From Marsupella aquatica (lineage: Eukaryota; Plantae; Marchantiophyta): a stretch of DNA of 64,000 nucleotides. The position numbers and the translations under genes are program-made. Below the pieces are notes generated by a model. The model did no database searches and was not told the DNA's origin. It worked only from the letters and a program-made list of their open reading frames with translations. Each line of letters opens with the position of its first letter. Position 1 is the stretch's first letter. The stretch covers positions 15,500,576 to 15,564,575 of the forward strand of contig OZ316896.1 of the NCBI GenBank assembly GCA_973895155.1. The letters are read 5' to 3'. Below are positions 13,201-25,545 of the stretch, in pieces.

Positions 13201-14964
13201 AGAGAGCAGTGTCTTTGCACTAGAGACCTCAATAATTTCCTGTATTTCAGTAGGCTGGTACAGCTTTTCTGGATTCCTGTAGAAGGGAGCATGTCACAAT
13301 GGTGAGCATTTCAGTCACTATGGAAGCACAATACAACCATGATACAATTTAAATCCAGCTGCCACTCCAAAAACAGCTTCTCTCAGCCTTGGAACTATAC
13401 AGAATCAATTAAGAAGCCGTGATATCAAGGCCACTGAGCCCACCGTCCGGCATAGAACCAAAATGTTACTTCTCCAGAGGTCAGTTGCAGACTGCCCTCA
13501 CTACTAGGTCTCAGAATTGAAGCTGACTTTGTATATATGCGATGGGAGATATAATTGATGGCCTCCCTCCGGAAACCTTAACTAAGAAAACGATCAACAC
13601 CAAGGACTCACCAAGTTTCAGCATATCGTTCATACGCTGCAACAATATCGTCCCTAGTGGCATTGTGCGCCACCTCAAGTACTGCAAGAAGACCCAAACG
13701 GCACTTAGAGACTGGAACCTCCGTCGTAACTCAGACGACTAGACGAAAGTTCAGAACATAGAGTGTGTGCTTTATGTGTAACCTGCAATGCCCAGCAGAT
13801 TGACCATCTTGATCAAGTGTAACTCGTTCAAAACCTGCTCTTCCCTCCGATATAAACCTTTTCTTTAATCTTTTCTTTTTTAACTTGAGGGAATGTTACA
13901 AGCACTACGAACATTGAGCGCAGGACATGGTCAAGCCCCTATCACTTCTCTCACCCAATGTGAGGGGTCAGTCTACAGCATCTCTACTGGTGAATTGTAT
14001 TCTTCAGGACAAACCTACAAGAAGTCTCGATACTTCCCACCTGGTCGTCCGTCGGACTTGCAAATTCAAAAAATTCCTCGACGAAGATCACATTGCTCCT
14101 TACAACCAACTCTTTGAGAGGTCCACTCTAAAAGGCGTCACATTTTGGATTTGTTTTATCTCAAAACTCTAAAAGCTCCAAACTTTCGAGAGAGAGTGTG
14201 AACCAGTACTTAATGAGAGCAACGGCATACTTTAGAGGCAAACCTCAAGCTGAAAGCTATCTCAGCCCAGCTACAGAAATCTTTAAGCATTAGGAGAATT
14301 CAGCAATTAAGTGTAGGGGCTGAATCCCCAAGCGAACAAGTATTGGTAGCTTTAGCAAGACTAGTAAGGTCCACGTTTGTAGCTCAATTATTCTCCGCTT
14401 TGCAATGCAACTCCGTGAAGAATTCGCAAGGGTTTTGAAAATCGGGGTCGTCAGTTGCTAACGAATTGACATTGCCCGTTAAACCCTCGAATCTGGATAG
14501 ATTTCTCGTCTTTCCGACCGAGGACAAAAATTGGGCGGCTGCAGCTACATTGTCTCAACTTCTTTCCAGAGATCATACCAACAAAATTCGAAAATCCAGA
14601 ACATGAATTGACCAGCGAACACCAGCTGATTCGCTAGCCAGCGCAAAGACTGAATATCTCACCGAAAGAGGAGAAGCTACAGGTCATGGCGATACTTGAG
14701 AACAGTGATGAACCAAACATGAACAAAGGTACACACACGCAAACTCGAAACGATGTTTTAAGGTTCGGCAAAACTCCCAAACCACATACCTTCGTAGAGA
14801 GGTCGGTCTTGAGCGGTGGCAGCCTCAGCAGTCGACGCAGCCAAGGCCATGATGACAACCATCACGAAGACGGCCAGCCTCTTCATCGTCATCGCTGTGC
14901 TTCTTCCCAAATTTGATGCGCTCCTTGCGCCCCCACCACCTTCCAATTTCCTCGACAACTCCAT
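7267..14964 (-). CDS. Secretory-pathway DnaJ-like / thioredoxin-fold membrane protein (DNAJC16-like; resembles the Arabidopsis At1g18700-type family), ~20 exons
   Basis: GT-AG exons join in frame at approx. 14964-14790, 13681-13612, 13276-13228, 13008-12931, 12749-12660, 12471-12383, 12168-12111, 11737-11621, 11362-11305, 10972-10876, 10476-10441, 10259-10123, 9947-9871, 9643-9591, 9451-9310, 9200-9072, 8478-8233, 8010-7951, 7839-7600, 7454-7267. Peptides: signal-like LAVFVMVVIMALAA; J-like LYEVLEVAHNATRDDIVAAY...IEHAYHVLSNYLRRRDYD; WLIQIYS; LPRILYY; VKVIQFSSTGERA; LPQLRSITSADLGCD; KRLSLAWLDGE; YCFFYL; a C-terminal TM segment. Family assignment is from recall of these motifs. Confidence 0.9.
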
Positions 14965-16189
14965 CTTCTCCCTTCTTCTCTTCGCGCAAACGAGAAAGTA
15001 ATCAGTCAACCCAAAACCCCTCCTCCCTATATATTGAGCTTACCAGTTTCCATTCATGAACTTGCCCGTCTGCCTACCAGGGTCTGCTCGCCGGCTTAGT
15101 GGCTGGCCAGCTACAGAAGTGTATCTGGAACGACAATCAAATCTATTTTTGATGATTCGCATTTCACACTCCAGAGGCAGAGAGAGTCACAGACGGCGAA
15201 ATGACCGAATTCCATTGCGTCTTGTGGCGTGCTTTCCTATGCACATCAACAACAGTCTACAGCACAAGGATGACGAATCGACAAAACCAAGATGCATTTA
15301 CTCACAGATACAGCAGATAGACGACGCGAATCTGATAATGATAAAGATTCGCTCGAGCCTCGACTAACAGGGACGATTCCTGGAGCAACGCGACTAATAA
15401 GGTGTCAATGTTACTGTAGTAAGTTGTAAAGGCTGAGAGGATCTCCAGGGTAGGGTCCAATGCACCTGTAATGTATATGTGCACCTGTAATGTATATCTT
15501 TATGGTCCTGAGCATATGGGGCTACCATATGCGGACCCGCAATCAAGGTGCCTAAATATACGTTAAGTGGTCATATCCTAAATAAACCATTGGGATTCAT
15601 CAATCTGGTACAATTGCATATACAGATGCTACTTCTGACACCCGTGGCTATGCACTGTGCTCAACTTCAACCCTACAAATACACCGCAAACTACTGCTTA
15701 AAATAATGAGATATAGAGCTGCCTACCTGGCAAGCCCTGATAAGGGAAGAGCAATAAAAATCATGGAACAACCCTTAACGTCAGTGGATAGGTCCCTCTT
15801 GCTTCACGTCCAGGTTATTGTGTCCAGTACTATTGGTCTGCCAACCAAAGACACTCTTAACTGATTAACTAGTCACACCTTTCCAACAATTCCAATACTA
15901 CTCTAGTAAGAGATGAAGCAATTGTGACAAGGGATCACCTACTCAAAATGGCTTGGATCCATTGAACCCTTGCCCTCATTCTTGGTCCTTCCTCACACTC
16001 TCTAAGAGTCTTGGACTGATTTTCAAAATTTTACAAGTTTTGTGAAAAATATCTAAGCAAAGCAAGTGTTGCAAGCTATTAAAAATGATGGGCTGCTCTT
16101 TGTGAGGCAATTCATGCTTTTTGTTGAACCTTCCCCTAAACTTGCTTGACCAGGTATGATTGGTAGCCCTTTGTTGACTAAAAGTGGGA

Positions 16190-16608
16190 TGAAAGGACAA
16201 AAGCAGCATCAAAGGAAGGATTATGAAAGGACAAAGCAGCATCAAAGGAAGGATTATGAAAGGACAAAAGCAGCACCAGAGGAAAGATTTTCTTAAAAAC
16301 GTTTTTGGCACCCAGCCGTCAATGTAAAAAGAGTTTCAAAAGAAGCACCAAATATTAAAAAACCATTACTTTTTTGATAGGTCCATTGACGTCAAACTTT
16401 GTCTCAACCAGAAATAAACTTTGATTTCATTTAATCTCAACAACAAAAATTTCTCAACATTCTAGTGGGATGGTTGTTCTGACGTCCAGTGTCTTGACCT
16501 AAAAACTTTGTCTCAACCAGAAATAAACTTTGATTTCTGTTAATCTCAACAACAAAAATCTCTCAACATTCAAGTGGGATGGTTGTTCTGACGTCTATTG
16601 TCTTGACA
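16190..16608. repeat. Two local tandem duplications (~33-34 bp x2.5 at 16190-16275; ~110 bp x2 at 16394-16608)
   Basis: ATGAAAGGACAAAAGCAGCATCAAAGGAAGGATT is repeated. AAACTTTGTCTCAACCAGAAATAAACTTTGATTTC...GTTCTGACGTC is repeated. Confidence 0.8.
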
Positions 16609-19600
16609 TAAATATTTTGTAAACATGAGGTCAAACCATCACATCCACAAAACTCAGAAACAAAAGAACATGTCACAAATGTGTATAGACCATGAAATGG
16701 TATGTATGTAATGGAGGCGAGAACTTCTGTATATAAAGGAGTAATAAAAATTACTCTAGTCAAATGAAAATTAAAAAGATGTTACGATTGGTTTGGAGCA
16801 TCTAAGGGCCATTTCTGAATTCATACAAAATGACAATATATTTTGATAGAGCTCTGCCTTAATAGCAATTCAAGAAAAACTAATAGGCAATCAGGACTAG
16901 GGGGCCCCACTCAAAGGGAATCTTATACCACACACAACATTTTTAGGTCATAAAACCTAGAATATAAGAAAAACATTTTTACTACTTGTGCCCCTATCTT
17001 TGTGAAATAGGATAGGAATATTCCCCAATCTTTGTTTTTAAAACTTGTATCTTTTCATGGAATGCTCAAAATTGAATTTAAACACTTTTTATGTTCTTCC
17101 ACAAAGAATTATCAGTCTTTCTCTAAACACACTAGAAAAGTCCTAAACTTATTTGTGTGTGATAGGTTGGAAGAAAATAAGTGCAGACTCCGAGAATGAG
17201 GAAAACCAATCTAGTACGTAGTGCGTAAAGCAAAAGGTGCCTTGAACAATTGGCTTTGATTCAAAAAAACATCTAGGTTTGCCCTACAAGAAAAAGAGTC
17301 AACTATGACCTAATTGGGTCCTATGTGGGCAAACCAAACTCAAATCACAAGCCAACACAACCACACTGGAACCAAAGACATGCTTTCATGCGAGGTACTG
17401 AGGTACATGGCAGGTGGAACCAACAGCCACGTACGTAGGCATGACATTGCTCAAAACTATTTACTTACACTATTTATAAACTTGACTGATTTATTGAAAG
17501 GTTTGCATATATGTCTTTGAATGAAACATTGAGGCTTGGATGGACCTCCACATTTGCAAAAATGCTCTGATAGAATTTTGAAACCTGGATGGATTGCAGA
17601 AAATTTTGTTTCCAGCTCATAAATTACTGTATTTTATACCAACTGGTGAAATGTGGACATATGTTCTTGGATGCCAAACTAAGTTAGTTGCTCCAAATCT
17701 TTCAGAAGCACAAACTGTGGACAGCAAGTGATGGATTAAACTTTAGAAATTCTCTGGACTATCTTAATTCCTCATGAACACGAGAGCTATTAGATTAGTT
17801 GCAAAGAACTTTCCCAAGCCAAGCCAAACTAGCCCAAAAATACCCAATTCTGTGGGATACCAAGTGAGTTCTTGAAGGTCAAACTTTGGTATTGAAATTG
17901 AGAAGGGTCTACACAGGTGTCATGGCCCAAGGGGTTATGGTTCATGGGCTTGGTCCCTGGGAGCATCTGTTTCCTTTGAACTCAGAACACGTGTGGCGTG
18001 GTGTGGCGCTCTCTCTAGATTAATTGTGTTCACCTGTCAATGGGGTGTTTCCAGTATTTAGATTCATTTTCTCTAAAATGCAGAAATTTCTAGATCCAAA
18101 TCATGGCAATAAAGGCTTTCCATGTATGTCTTTACAGTAGACTGGAAGCCTGTCATTTTGTGTTTCTATGTAGATAAAGTATTTAAGTGAATCCTTACTA
18201 GTAATACAGGGTGTTAAAAAGACGGAGAAATTTACACATAAGGAGGTGTTTCGCCAATCCTCTTCTATATGTCTGGAAAAATGAACTCTTAATTGTTTTT
18301 GAAAGGAACTCTTACAACTTTGCAATGTTTCTCAGTGAAGCTAAGGAATATTCTAATACACTTGGAAGATATTACTCAAACAAATCAGCCTTAACAACAT
18401 TTCCCTGTGCTTCATTATCTACAGTTTCCATCCAAAACTTAGTCTGGGGCTTAAACTGGCACTGGCCACATACAACAGGAAGTGTCCAAGACATTCCCCT
18501 TTTCCCACATTCTACTAACTCCTTTCCCCTACTGTGTCAGTTTGATCCACAATTTCAGGAGGTGTTACTATCAATGGTGAAAGGTGGTGGATCCAGGTTT
18601 TGTCACGTTTAGTGGCGGTTCAAGCTCAAAAATAGTTCCCTTCTTTAGTTCTTTACAATTTCTACGAGCCCTCTGCCCATATGTTGCACGGCGCAAGGAG
18701 GGCCGGCCCAGAGGGAGTCGGGCATTTATGGGGCAGCATGAAGCACAGGGGTGCACATTTTCTCCATCAATGGTTAGGGAAACAAGCCAATCAAATCCAA
18801 GGACTGTAGATCTTTCCCGCCCAAGAGCTATTTTATATGACAAGGAAGGACAAAAAAAAGTGGGATCCCTTATTATAGTTGTAGATATGTATGACTGCTC
18901 CGCCTGGGGACTTTACTGAGTGCCACTTGTACCCTCTTGGAGTGTTCTTGTTTAATCCATCTATACCTTCTTCCAGACCATAAGAAAGGTTCTTCAACAT
19001 CTGAAACTAAACAAAATATCCAAAAATACTTAAATTGTCCAACGTACGCATTATTGCCTCAATTGCATACCTACAGGTTTGGACCTATTTTACCACAAGT
19101 AGACTCTGTCTAAGTGCAAGTTTTTAGGAAGGACCAGGCCATAAGTGCAATTCTGGAAGGCTTCCCCCTTATGCATATGTATCATTGCAAAGTACTGTTG
19201 GCATTATGGCTTTGACTTCGAAACTCTTTGCCCGGTCCAGTCCTTACAATGATGCAGCTTCATGATCAGCACTCAAGGATAATCTAGTCCCCACAGGCGG
19301 AACCGAGATTTGCTCCATAAAATATGCCACATGTGAGAGCTAAGTTGCATGCTACCTCCTCCGTAACTGGAAAAAGTTGTACCACTTATTAGTAAGTGCG
19401 GTGTATATTATTGTAATGCTCGGGTGGACCACTCCCATGAACCCTGCAACCCAGATGTACTGAGTCAATGTTAACCATAATAATGTGCATCGTTTTACCA
19501 AAGGAAAACTGCTCAAAACCACTCAGATGAACTTTGCAACCCAGATATACAGAGTCACTGTTGATTGTAGTAGTTTGGATTTAAAAAAAGAAGGAAAATT

Positions 19601-22600
19601 GCTGTCTCGAGTACAAAAATAGTCTATTTTAGTCCATCCCAGGTATTTTGTCAAACATTTAAATGCTTGGGGGCTTCAGTTTTGCTATGTGTTCATCATG
19701 TACAAGTGTCTATGTACAATTGTAGAGGATCGGCTTGCACATTAGATATTTGTCATTTAACGCAGCTCCAGAAATATTTATGACAGTGCAAGAAATTTTC
19801 CCACATAAAAGTATAGGAACCAAGAGTCTACCTGCACATACCAACGGTTTGGAAAACACACACAGTGCTCGTAAAGGGACTGCATTTCCACATTTGTTAA
19901 AGTATCCAGCCCAAAGAAATAGACTCCAGTTCCTCATACTCTCTCAGTTTCAACATGTGTAGAAACAACATCTAATGGTGAAAACAAAACTACCATTACA
20001 TATACAAAGTTGAATTCCTTACGAAGTGAGGGCAATCCGTTCACTGTGGAGGGGGCCATGGCGATTGGCCTAGTGGATTCCATTATCATCGATTGGTGGA
20101 CATCATGAAGAGAAATCATGAAGGCAGACGAAGTACAATGCACATTGTCAGTCTGCAGTCCATTGTAAGCTTTCTCAAGAATAATGCAGACGAAGCAGCC
20201 ATTTTGTCAGCTACGAAAAGTCGGTGACAATATCTTCCACTGCTAGGACTCCTCATCATTCAGCATATGTTCGGAGAAAGACTTGCTAAACAGGAAGTTA
20301 CCCGAGTCCATTTATGCCCATAGAATTGAAGCATAGCGTCATTGTTCGCAACTCCTCCACGAAACAATCCCCCAGGAACGAGAAGATTTATTGATTGGCC
20401 ACGCGACTGAGCAGTTTGAGAAATGAACGTCAACAGAAAGATACTTTTGTTCTGTACCATGACACTCGAATAGTAACTCAGTACCCTAGTCACAGTGTTA
20501 CGTTGAAGTCTGACCAAAAAAAACCAGGAGGAAAACGCAAGGATTACGAACGAGGACTACTTCAGAGAATCACACAATTCATTCTCGAGAAAGCTGTGAA
20601 TGTAGTTGGAAGTTGGAACATACAGCTGAGCTGAGTTAGATGATGAACAAAGAGAATCATCTTTTGTTCCACTTGAAAGATGAAAACACGCGCTCGTACT
20701 CACACTGCATGATGGTTCCTCGGTTCCGATTTGCTGTCTTTGCGAATTGCGACCCACTTGCGACATTCAATTTACTCCATCCTCACAATTCTGATCTCAG
20801 CTTTCTAAACAGTGAGTAATCGGTTAGTTTCGTCTTTTCCCTGCAGAGTGCCGACGCAGAGACAGGGCCACAGGGGGAAAGAGATCACTTTGTATCAGTC
20901 ACAACAGTGGACTTTCGCAACGGTCCCACAATAGTCGAGGCCAGCGCCAATCTGTTACAAGACAGGCGGAAGTAGAGCTGAACAGCAGCTTCGTATCTGG
21001 GTATGTGCGAATCAAGGACAACCTCATCAGCATGCACTTGAGCGCTCGAGCTTGTCCTATCTATCGAACTCATCGAAAAGTGAAGAAATTGCAGACTGCA
21101 TCTTTCCCCGTGTTGCATCTTTCCCCGTGTTTTACGGTGGGTCGCCACGATCTGGCTTGCGTGGCAAAATTGGAGAGCGCAACGATCAACGCTACAGGTG
21201 ATCTTCAATTTAAACTACTCATTTAACTATCCACGCAGGATTGCCCATCAAAATACAGTATCATACTGCAGAATTGCAGGAGAGACATGTAACAGTTTCG
21301 TTTTGAACAGTGTGAAATCAGCTCTGGTCACGTTTACCGTCTAGATGCGAGCCGATTCGACAGTTGTCTTCCATTCACAATCTTGGAACAACGAGCCGCA
21401 AGAGGAGCTCAGCAAGGCAAACGCGTTCAGAAGCAACACGGTTGCGTGCTGTAATTGTCGACATTACCTCTAAAACTTTGGCTAGATATGCAAGGAAATG
21501 AGCCATCATTTGGAATCAAATTCGAGTGGTGTTGACCCTGAAGTGGAAGTGCATCCTCTAATTTTTCCAAAATTACCGACTGTTGAACAAAACATTCTGC
21601 AACCACTGTTTGAATGAGAACGCGCATTGTATAATCCCACTACTGCAAACAATATACAAGTAGTTGCTGCAGACGCACCATGGTATTCTACAGTTGATAC
21701 AGAGCGAATAGGAAATTATCTGGTGTATTATGGGAGATGTTCCAACTCGCAACCAAACAACCATCCGTAGTGATATCACACTCCAGAGATCTTTTCAAAA
21801 GACCCTCGCCCTCCCAAGAAGTTCGTCAAAGAACAAATTTTAATAGTAGCACTAGGAGATGTTCGGAACCATCATTCGTATGCAAAACATCCGCACCACA
21901 CATGGAACCGGGAGGAAGAATGGCGACTCGTCAATGCTGCTGGTGAATCCCAAAGATTTAGTAGCATAGCACTGTTCGTCGCTGATACACAGAGCACACC
22001 CGGTTGATTAACTGTGAAATAGACTAGCCCTTCGAGTGACCAGTAGGCGCTAGTGACCGTTCATAGCATTGCGTGAAATGTACCAACTATGATTTTCACA
22101 ATCTCACCCGCCATCGAAGAATGAGGTAAATTATCTGGTGCACGGAGACGGATGTTACCTACAAGTATGGCCGAGTGGCTGGATACCTAACTCGGTCAGC
22201 CAAACTTCAGTATCAGAGACATATCGTTCAGATTCCCTATTGAAGCGAGGAGTAGACCTCAATCCGGTGGGCAGAACGTCGAAAACGCCCAAGTTTTAGA
22301 GTCGGCAATGTCGCAAAAGACAAGAGCCGATCACGAGACAGAACAGCCTGCTCCTCCGACGAGTTTGATCGACGATTGGCATCTCCTCCGGCGAGTATCA
22401 TCAATCAGGGATTGACAACACATTCGAATGGATTGCGACAGCTCCGAAGACGGAGGTGTTCGGACAAGCTGTACACATTGATCTTTGCAAAATGAACTCT
22501 TCTTGAGCAAATTCACGCGACGCAACTGCGTGTCTTCACCCTCCCCGTCCACTTTCGTCTCTTTGACTGCCCCCTATTCTTCCCAAAACTTGTAGAAGTC

Positions 22601-22617
22601 CTAGTGGACAAGCGTAG

Positions 22618-23049
22618 CTAAGAGATCTTTTCTATTAATACGGACTCCTGACTAGCAGAACTTTTCTTGACGAATTCAATGCAATCGGCAATGGCATCCG
22701 ACGAGTAAGACGTTTGGGAATTGCATTTGTAGAAAGGGGAAACTGCAGCCTGGTCGGGTTTCCTGTGAGCGAGAACTAGGCGCCAGTAAGAGTCACGCAT
22801 CTTCTCGTAGAGGTGCACCGGTGAGAGGATCTGAATTCGCACTCGAGGAAGAACAAGGCGTATCCGCATTAATTTCATGCCAAGTTTCCCCTTTCGATTT
22901 TGCTTCCTCTCCGGCATTTCGAGCCTGTAATTCGAGTAGGTGTCGTGGTAATATGCGTCGCCATATCGCTGCTGGTCGAGAGGGGAGAAGAACATGGTCC
23001 TGCCTTCCATTGGAATCCCCGGATGGGAATACTTCCGTCTTTTCCACAT
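22618..23049 (-). CDS. Small intronless plant-specific uncharacterized protein (143 aa) with C-terminal AIADCIEFVKKSS motif
   Basis: Clean ORF from ATG at 23049 to TAG at 22618. The basic amphipathic segment ILSPVHLYEKMRDSYWRLVL and the terminal SDAIADCIEFVKKSS resemble small plant proteins often annotated 'josephin-like/uncharacterized'. No Josephin catalytic domain is visible. Confidence 0.7.
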   Translation of the reverse strand: MWKRRKYSHPGIPMEGRTMFFSPLDQQRYGDAYYHDTYSNYRLEMPERKQNRKGKLGMKLMRIRLVLPRVRIQILSPVHLYEKMRDSYWRLVLAHRKPDQAAVSPFYKCNSQTSYSSDAIADCIEFVKKSSASQESVLIEKIS

Positions 23050-24954
23050 CAAGAACTAAGCAGGCCCTCGGATCAGAAGTAAATGGAGCTGTAACGCGAT
23101 TCGGAAGAGAATCACTAAAGCTCTATCCGGAACAAGATGTGGATCGTGACTTAAAAGGCAATCCTGGCTTAAGAGAGCAGAAAAAATTACACACGGCCAA
23201 TGAGATTAGATGAGAAAAGAACTACCGCCAGAGCTCAAAGAGTGGCCAGCTCTGAGGATCAGTCCCCGCTACATTCCGGCACTCCACCCCAGCTAGATTT
23301 TTCTAAGGTCATGGAGGTACCATAAAACCTGCGCACTTTCATGCTTCGAATGGGTAGACTCAAAACTGCCTTGTCCTCCCCGCGCAACGAAATGTGGAAT
23401 TATTCTCGAACAGTTCCTGAATTCCAGTGCTATAAACTATATCATCCTTGACAGAGTCAGATCTTTCCTGGAAGAATGTTAATCTCCTTCCAAACACCTC
23501 CCTCTCAATATGTCGGGGAACCTCCACGACGCAAACAGCATGCCACGCTCTCCTCAATTGCACAAGAGCCTCGCACGAAAACGTCCAACAACAGTCATCG
23601 ATGCCCACCCGCTCCGCATCGTCCTCGCTCTCGAGCTCGTGCTCACTTCCACCCGGCTCACTTGCCCCTCTGGCCGCTACTACTGTGCTTCCACTACTGT
23701 ACACTGTGCCCAGTCCAGCTTTGCTAGACACAATGTGGGCCTTGCTATTCGCGAGCTCACAGAATCACAGTGTTTGGCTGGCTCTGTCTTCTTGGTGCCT
23801 CTCTGACTCCATCAAAGTGCTCTCCAGTATCTTCGTCAATTTTTCGAGTGCGGCTGTGCTCGGCTTGAAATGCGATCCTCTTCACTGATAATTGCTTCCG
23901 TGAATCGACCTCGTCCTGTAGAATGCTCGTCGCATAAGGCTAGTTTCGCGCCTTTGCGCAGACCACCATCAGCCGATCCAGAGCTCGACGAGAGCGCAAT
24001 CACAATGCTGACTGAGTGACTGACCTTAACACTTGACAGACTGATGTTACTTTGAGGCCGGTGGAGAATATGAATGAATGAGATCTATGACTGCAGCCGA
24101 CACAGGTCGTGCTGGCAAATCTACTACCTCTACGAGCTGCCACCCTCCCCATCTTCGAATCGAGACACCTGTACTACAAACTATCTTCATGACTGCAAGA
24201 ATCAATTTCTCTCATTAAGTGGTCGTTCGTTCATTCCACTTTCCCGCAAAGAAAAGTGCTCTGCTGCGCGTGCCAGCGACGCCCAAGCAGGGACGGTATG
24301 CCGAGGAGTGAAGACCACCACCGTCCCTTGCTGCACTCAACTGGGACGTCCTTCACTCTTCGTAGGGGGAGGTGGACGGCGCTAGACGTAAGGTAGACGG
24401 TGCTCCAACTGCAGTCAGGCATTGCAAGTCAGGCGTCGCCGCGTGTTCTGTATATGCCGCATGGACTTGTTGTACAGAACGGCACATACTTGGTAAGTAC
24501 CAATTACGTATGGGATACAGTTAGTCTGGGACAGGGTTACTATAGTATCCCTGTGACCAGAAAATGTGTAAAAGTTGACTGGCGGCAGCACACAGCTTTT
24601 CCAAGCATTTACTGGAGGGTTCGGGCTAGAATCATTGCCCAGACTAGCTTTATGGTATTTAATTGTTGTTCCGGAAAAGGGTACCAACTGCAATTTTTCA
24701 GGCAAAAAATTATGAAAATAGCAAACTACTTTCAAAAATGCGTAGGTAACGGTAACCTGGAGTCTCAACTGCAATTTTGAAGAATAAATTTACTACATAT
24801 TTCAATGAGTGATTTTGATTGTCCATCTTTCCAATCGACAGGCTTTGTAAGAGACCTTGTGAGGATTATTTATTTCTGACACTGTACTTTATGTGGTTGC
24901 TCCAGCCTCAAGGTCGGGACTATAGTGAACTAGCTCAATACCCGTACGTTGCAC

Positions 24955-25370
24955 AAAAGAAGTCGTGGCGGCCAAGATGTCGTGTCGGCCAAGATATCGT
25001 TGAGAAAAAAAGATGTGTTGGCCAAGATGTCGTGTCTGCCAAAAAGTCATGGAGAGAAAAGATGTCGTGCCAGCCAAGCGGTCGTGGAGAGAAAAGATGT
25101 TGTGCCAGCCAAGAGGTCGTGGAGAGAAAAGATGTTATGCCGGCCAAGCGGTCGTGGAGAGAAAAAAATGTCGTGCCAGCCAAGCGATCGTGGAGAGAAA
25201 AGATGTTGTGTCAGCCAAGAGGTCGTGGAGAGAAAAGATGTCATGCCGGCCAAGCGGTCGTGGAGACAAAAGATGTTGTGCCGGCCAAGAGGTCATGGAG
25301 AGAAAAGATGTCGTGCCGGCCAAGAGGTGTTGAGAGAAAAGATGTTATGTTGCCCAAGAAGTTGTTGAGA
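24955..25370. repeat. Helitron 3'-subterminal minisatellite, ~35-36-bp unit, ~11 copies
   Basis: The unit CCAAG(A/C)GGTCGTGGAGAGAAAAGATGT(C/T)GTGCC(A/G)G is repeated. It produces the spurious repetitive ORFs in the track. Confidence 0.9.
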
Positions 25371-25545
25371 AAAAAATTGGCTAAGTATAAAAATGTTGTG
25401 AGTACAATATGGTCAATAAGTAAAACATGTCATTAGTCAAAGACATTATGAAGTAAAAGATGTTGTTAAATACAAAAGTGAAAGAATAACATTCACACTT
25501 GATACAATATTTTGAAGAGAATACACATATGAGGTCTTTATTGAT

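Noticed and set aside
15504-15536. Small hairpin GGTCC..GCATATGG/CCATATGC..GGACC upstream of the DnaJ-like gene
   Set aside because: Too short to distinguish from chance, and no known element was recognised.
17550-19000. Possible decayed L1-type LINE remnant (similar hints at 4870-5350 and 33450-34600)
   Set aside because: Only vague Trp-rich fragments with many stops; no diagnostic RT or endonuclease motif could be read.
19900-22550. Cluster of 65-107-aa ORFs, or a possible miRNA locus
   Set aside because: No consistent exon chain, recognisable motif, conserved miRNA sequence or clear long hairpin was seen.
24819-25436. 205-aa and overlapping repetitive ORFs; regular repeats superficially like a CRISPR array
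   Set aside because: They are translations of the Helitron minisatellite. There are no unique spacers and no cas genes, and the context is eukaryotic.
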